A stretch of DNA of 57,432 nucleotides, taken from the NCBI GenBank assembly GCA_963575745.1, contig CAUYUJ010000025.1, forward strand, positions 62,001 to 119,432. The letters run 5' to 3'. A program made the translations under genes and the position numbers. This DNA is from Prorocentrum cordatum. Lineage: Eukaryota. Below, in pieces: positions 51,891 through 57,432 of this stretch. Every line of letters begins with the position of its first letter. The first letter of the stretch is position 1. The notes below the pieces were generated by a model, which saw only the letters and a program-made list of their open reading frames with translations, made no database searches and was not told the DNA's origin.

Positions 51891-52373
51891 TCAGGCGGAA
51901 GGCAGCACGAAGCCCAGCTCTGCCGCGAGCTGCTTCGCCTCCGCCCTGGACAAAACCGTTCTCTTGTCGAACTCCAGGAGCGCCTTCCGCAGGGACGCCG
52001 GCGGCCGGCACTCCAGGAACTCTCGCGGCGGCGGCCGCAGGATCAGCATGTTCCGCATGCACGTGGCGCGGGAGAACATGACGTAGAGGTGCAGCCACCA
52101 CTGCTCGTCCGACATGCCCGTTCGGCCAGCGTCCTCGTCTCTCGCGCAGTCGATGGTGACGCCCTTGCGCAGCGTCTGGCCCTGCGACAGCGTGGAGGTC
52201 AGGTAGGACGCGTGCGTCAGGGTGAACCCCGAGCGGCGCACGCTGTGCGCCCCCGAGCTCTGCCATGTGAACTCCCCTTCGCTGGGCCTGAACATCAGCA
52301 AGCTCCGCGCCCGCGCCTCGGCCTGGCCGTCGTCGTCGGCGCCTTCGGCGCCCTGTCGCAGCACCTCGGCGAC
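51891..52373 (-). pseudogene. C-terminal ~160 aa of a PIF1-like SF1 helicase (Helitron RepHel fragment)
   Basis: VRRSGFTLTHASYLTSTLSQGQTLRKGVTID (motif V-like) and LYVMFSRAT (motif VI). 5'-truncated at the tandem array. Confidence 0.85.
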
Positions 52374-52439
52374 CTGAGGAGCCCAAAAACTTCCTTGTTG
52401 CATCCAAAGTGTGGCCTGGGAACTGCGTTCTGGCAGCGC

Positions 52440-53500
52440 GAGAACCCAACCTTGACGACAGTTACAGGTTTTGGATGACCTGCTCGGATTACCAACATGA
52501 TCTGCGGGCCCCATAGGGAGGGGGCTCCCGCCTGAGACTTCCTCGCAGTTCACTCACAGACGAGGCTCCCGCCTGAGACTTCCTCCATATTCAGGCTTGA
52601 GGAGCCCAAAAGTGACGACAGTTACAGGGTTCCGATGACCCGCTCGGATTACCAACATGATCTGCGGGCCCCATAGGGAGGGGGCTCCCGCCTGATACTT
52701 CTTCACAATTCACTCAAAGACGAGGCTCCCGCCAGAGACTTCCTCCAAATTCAGGCTTGACGAGCCCAAAAGTGACGACAGTTACAGGGTTCCGATGACC
52801 CGCTCGGATTACCAACATGATCTGCGGGCCCCATAGGGAGGGGGCTCCCGCCTGAGACTTCCTCGCAGTTCACTCACAGACGAGGCTCCCGCCTGAGACT
52901 TCCTCCATATTCAGGCTTGAGGAGCCCAAAAGTGACGACAGTTACAAGGTTCCGATGACCCGCTCGGATTACCAACATGATCTGCGGGCCCCATAGGGAG
53001 GGGGCTCCCGCCTGAGACTTCCTCCAATTCACTCAAAGACGAGGCTCCCGCCAGAGACTTCCTCCATTTCAGGCTTGAGGAGCCCAAAAGTGACGACAGT
53101 TACAGGGTTCCGATGACCCGCTCGGATTACCAACATGATCTGCGGGCCCCATAGGGAGGGGGCTCCCGCTTGAGCCTTCCTCAGAATTCACTCACAGACG
53201 AGGCTCCCGCCTGAGACTTCCTCCATATTCAGGCTTGAGGAGCCCAAAAGTGACGACAGTTACAGGGTTCCGATGACCCGCTCGGATTACCAACATAATC
53301 TGCGGGCCCCATAGGGAGGGAGCTCCCGCCTGAGACTTCCTCCCAATTCACTCACAGACGAGGCTCCCGCCTGAGACTTCCTCCATTTTCAGGCCTGGGG
53401 AGCCCAAAAGTGACGACAGTTACAGGGTTCCGATGACCCGCTCGGATTACCAACATGATCTGCGGGCCCCATAGGGAGGGGGCTCCCGCCTGAGACTTCC
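52440..53500. repeat. ~160-bp tandem repeat array (~7 units) inside the Helentron-like element
   Basis: GACGACAGTTACA recurs at 52454, 52614, 52774, 52934, 53092, 53252 and 53412. Confidence 0.95.
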
Positions 53501-54327
53501 TCACACTTTACTCAACGATGATGAGGATGAGGGTGATGAGTGGTGGTGAAGATGAGTGGTGAAGAGGATGATGATTGATTGTGGGTGGTGGTGGCGATGA
53601 TGATGTTTGAATGAGGATGATGCCGATACCGATGATGACGATGATGTTCGTGAGCGTGTGAGAGAGTGCGAGTGATGATGATGTGTGTGTGAATGAGTGC
53701 GAGGAGAAGAGGGGGTGAGTGAGATCTCTCTCCTGCGCGGGGGTGTGCAGAGAAAACAAGAACCCCACTTTGGATGTGGGGAAATATGTTCCATCGCGAT
53801 TTTCGTCATGACTCGAGGGGATCTTGGCATTGAACACTGAACATAGTACTCCAGTAATCTTAGGCCTCCCAGATGGGGTCCGAGTAGATGGGGTCGGAGG
53901 ATCGCGCCGCATCGCCGATACATCGGCGTTGCGGCTCGATGTGGGGCCCGACTTGCTTCACGCCGACGTCGCCGATGTACCGCCGACGTCGACGATGCAT
54001 CGGTGGTGCATCGCCGATGCATCGCCGATGCGGCGCGATCCTCCGACCCCATCTACTCAGGGGCAACGATAGGGGGGATAGGCATAGGGAGGGATGCATC
54101 GACCCCCAATCGCCCATTGATCGCCGATAGGGTTCTGCTAGCCCCAGCCCGCCCAGGAAGGTGTGTATTCGCTGTCGGGGGCCTGTCGAGGGTTCTGCTA
54201 GCCCCAGCCCGCCCAGGAAGGTGCGTATTCGCTATCGGGGGCCTGTCGCCGATCTGTTGGCCATGTATCGCCGATTCCAGGTCCATGCATCCCCCCCTAT
54301 GCCAGCCCCCCCGTTGCCCCCCAGCTA

Positions 54328-54816
54328 CACTGCCGTTTTTTATACATGCTCCGCGTGCGGATCATGTATTAAACATGCAGGGATTCAGTATTGACAAACA
54401 ACGATGAGTTCATGCATACATTTGTTCATGAATCAACCAATGTACCAAAATCACATCTTTACAACAACATGTATTAAACAATGCCTTGTGTTCTGCGCGG
54501 GCAGATTGTAAGGGTACACTAAGCTGCTGTCGGTCTCCTGCCGTGCCTGCTTCCTCGTGCAGCCCGTGGGCCCACCTGGCGAGGCAGGCGCACGCGCGCG
54601 CAGAGCTCTGTGCTCGGCCCTTCGAGCGTGCCAAGGCCCACGCGTCGGCCGTGAGCGTTGGTAGGGGAACGAAAAATGACATAAACATAAAAACTCGGAG
54701 GTCCGCGCGGATTCCTCGGATCGGCGACGATGAGTTCATGCATAAATTTATTCATAAATGAATCACGTGTTAAAATTCTATATGTCTAAAAATCCCACGT
54801 ATTTAAAACTGCCCTG
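54328..54816. mobile_element. Tc1/mariner-like MITE
   Basis: TA|CA...TG|TA; TIR 15/21; AT-rich interior with internal direct repeats. Confidence 0.5.
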
Positions 54817-56318
54817 TACTCCGACCCCATCCAGGAGGCCTCCAAGGCTCCCCTCCTCCCCCTCCTCCTCCTCCCCCTCCTCCTCCTCCTCCTCCTCCCC
54901 CGCCTCCCCCTCCCCATCCTCCTCCTCCTCCCTCCTCCTCCTCCTCCCCTCCTCCCTCCTTCCTCCTCTCCTTCCTCCCTCCCTCGCCCTCCTCCCCTCC
55001 TCCTCCTCCTCCGCCTCCCATCCTCCTCCTCCGCCTCCTCCGCCTGCGGGCGCCAGCGATCCCACCAGGGCCTGGGGGGGGGGGGGGCGGGAGCCCTGCG
55101 GGCCGCAGCCGGCCGCCCTCAGCCCTGCCGGGCCGCCGTCGCGGAGGGGGAGGGGGGGAGGAGGAGAGGAGGAGGGGAGGGAGGAGGAGGAGGAGGAGGA
55201 GGAGGAGGTAGGAGAGAGGAGGAGGAGGAGGCGGAGGAGGGAGGAGGAGGAGGAGGAGGAGGAGGAGGAGGAGGAGGAGGAGGAGGGGGAGGAGGAGGAG
55301 GGAGGAGGAGGAGGAGGAAGGAGGAGGAGGAGGAGGAGGAGGAGGAGGAGGAGGAGGAGGAGGAGGAAGAGGTCGAGGAGGTCGAGGAGGTCGAGGAGGT
55401 CGAGGAGGAGGTCGAGGAGTAGAGACGACGGGGAGGAGGAGGTCGAGGAGGAGAGACGACGAGGGGGCGCGTGCCTCCTGGCCGCCGCGCGCTGCTGACG
55501 AAGCCGGCCCGGCTCGGCCGACCGGCGCAGCGCGGCGCGGCGCCGCAGGGGCGCGCCGGCGGCGCGAGAAGCACCGGAGCCTCGCAGCAGATCCCGACTC
55601 GGGGCTCAAGAGACGGGGGTCAATGCAAACGGAGGCCTCCACAAGGCCCCAAGAGAAGCCCAAGAAGGCCATGGGAAGCCCCGGAACAGGCCAGGGGAGG
55701 CCAACAGACCCACGTAGCCCCCGCAAGGTCCTTAGAAGGCCCAAGCTTCCCAACACGGCCCAAGATGGCCCCAGGACGGCTCGAGAGGGCCCCAAGCCGG
55801 ACACCAGGGCTCCAACAAGGCTCGGGAGCCTTGAGACGGGGGTCAATGCAAACGGGGGTCAGCCAGGGCACCGGATCCTGCAGGATCCTGCGAAGACCCC
55901 CTCTGGCTGACCCGGGTTAGCGAGCCGCACGTGGCCGCGACGCGGCCGCGCATGCTGGCTGACCCGGGTTTGCGAGGACCTGCGTTGCAATGGTTGTTTC
56001 CCTGCATTGCAGGTTTTTGGTTTCCTGCTGACCCGGGTCTGGATTGACCCGGTCAGAAGATCCCCGAAAACTGGAGCCCTGGAATTTATGATGTTCCAAC
56101 TTACTTTAGCCTTGATCACCAGGAAGAAGTTCGAGACCACCGAAACAGTACCGAAGCACAAGGGTTTTCACGCGTGGGGCCCTGGGAGACACTCGTCCGA
56201 CACTGTTTCGACACTCTTTCGACACTTTTCCGGCTGCTCGAAATTATTTCTGGGATGTGGTCCTTAAGTACGATGGGAGCAACATAACCCTGGACCCCCT
56301 CTTTCGAAAAGAAGGAAA

Positions 56319-56490
56319 TCGGGGGTGGACAAGAACCCCCACCCTGACGCGTCGATTCGTGAACTGTTCGTTCTCGGTTCTCGAGGGGGCGCCGCGGCCG
56401 TCGTTTTCCCCAAGGCTTGCGCCCGCCAGGTTTTGGCCCGAGGTCGTTTTCACTAAGCCACGTTTTACGAAAGCTTCTGTCCATCCCCGA
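56319..56490. mobile_element. MITE of the 7645 family
   Basis: TCGGGGGTGGACA...TGTCCATCCCCGA; flanks GGAAA/GGCAA. Confidence 0.7.
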
Positions 56491-57432
56491 GGCAAAGCTA
56501 TAAACATAAAGTTTTGGCGCTACGCGCGGATTTCTTGGATCGGCGCCTGGGCCCCCCCGGTGGCGCCTCCGGCGCCGCCCCTGGCGCGCTACGCGCGCGA
56601 AGGATGCGGGGTCCAGCGCAGATCCAAGAAATCCGCGCGGGGCGCCACAAGTTTCTGTTTGTGCCGTTGCTTCTTCTTCTTCTCCTTATCCTTCTGCTTC
56701 TTCTTCTCATTCTTACTATTACGATTTGTCGTATTCGTCTGAATGGTCATATGGTCAAAGTGTTGTTCGTATCATTCGCAGTCTTAGTATCATTATGTTT
56801 CTTACGATCATAAGAATGATTATTATCAATAATAACGATACTATTCGTATCAAGAATATAATTGTTGCCATCATTGTTACTGTTGTTACCATTATCATTA
56901 GTATTATTATTCGTCTTCTTCTCCTCCTTCTCCTGTGGACCCCATCTTCCTCCTCCTTCTCATTATGATTATTCTTCTTACTATTATCAGTATTCGTTTT
57001 CTTCTGAATGCTAATATGTTTTAAAATGTGTTTCGTATCATTCGTAGTATTCGCATCATTATGCTGATTACGTATATAAGTAATATCAATAATAATATTA
57101 ATAACGATATTATGTGTATTACTATTATCATTATTGTCATTTGTGTTACTGTTGTTATCTGTGTTATTATTGTTCGTCTTCTTATCCTCCTCCTCCTGTG
57201 GACCCCCTCTTCATGCGGCACCCCTCGAGCCAGATCGACCTGCGGATGGCCCGCCCGAGGCCGGCGCGCCCCGCGCGAGAGCACCGCGGCCGCCGGGCTC
57301 TCAGCGGGCGCCCCCTTCCGCCGCCCTCGGAGGCTCCAGCCATGCGTCGGGCCTGTCCCTCTGCAGGAGGGGGAGGGGGAGGAGGAGGGGGAGGAGGAGG
57401 AGGAGGAGGAGGAGGAGGGGGAGGAGGAGGAG

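Larger units (their letters stand above)
51482..53784 (-). mobile_element. Helentron/Helitron2-like element, internally deleted, retaining the helicase 3' end
   Basis: 5' end TTTCCCCACATCCAAAGTGGGG (hairpin). 3' end ATGTGGGGTTCTTCCGTCGGAGTAAT (subterminal IR plus small hairpin). Both ends are shared with 17153-18096. Contains a PIF1-like fragment and a tandem array. Confidence 0.75.

Noticed and set aside
52440..53500. Regular repeat array as a CRISPR array
   Set aside because: Whole 160-bp units repeat with no unique spacers, there are no cas genes, and the context is eukaryotic.
55599..55610. GGCTCAAG as an SL relic
   Set aside because: Only 8 nt match, and it lies within a TCGGG-type repeat end.

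Overview
GC-rich, repeat-saturated eukaryotic DNA, most likely from a dinoflagellate. That assignment is inferred from a relic of the dinoflagellate spliced leader (DinoSL, DCCGTAGCCATTTTGGCTCAAG) and from candidate micro-exons with GC/GA donors. Most ORF-track entries are microsatellite artefacts. Supportable content: (1) a full-length, lightly mutated ~6.4-kb LINE (26481-32918). Its ORF1 has a RanBP2-like zinc finger and a coiled coil; its ORF2 reads APE-RT-CCHC-RNase H-Zn fingers. It has an SL-like 5' end, lies within (CCT)n and is nested inside a MITE. (2) An intronless 65-aa zinc-finger retrogene (25025-25222) preceded by a DinoSL relic. (3) Two copies of a Helentron/Helitron2-like element, one keeping a PIF1-helicase C-terminus and a 160-bp tandem array. 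(4) Many MITEs with readable TIRs and TSDs, including several families that share TCGG...CCGA termini and 5-bp TSDs. (5) Scattered candidate + strand micro-exons of an unidentified host gene, a 1.1-kb tandem duplication, satellites and a 100-N gap. All calls come from reading the sequence by eye; no database searches were run.
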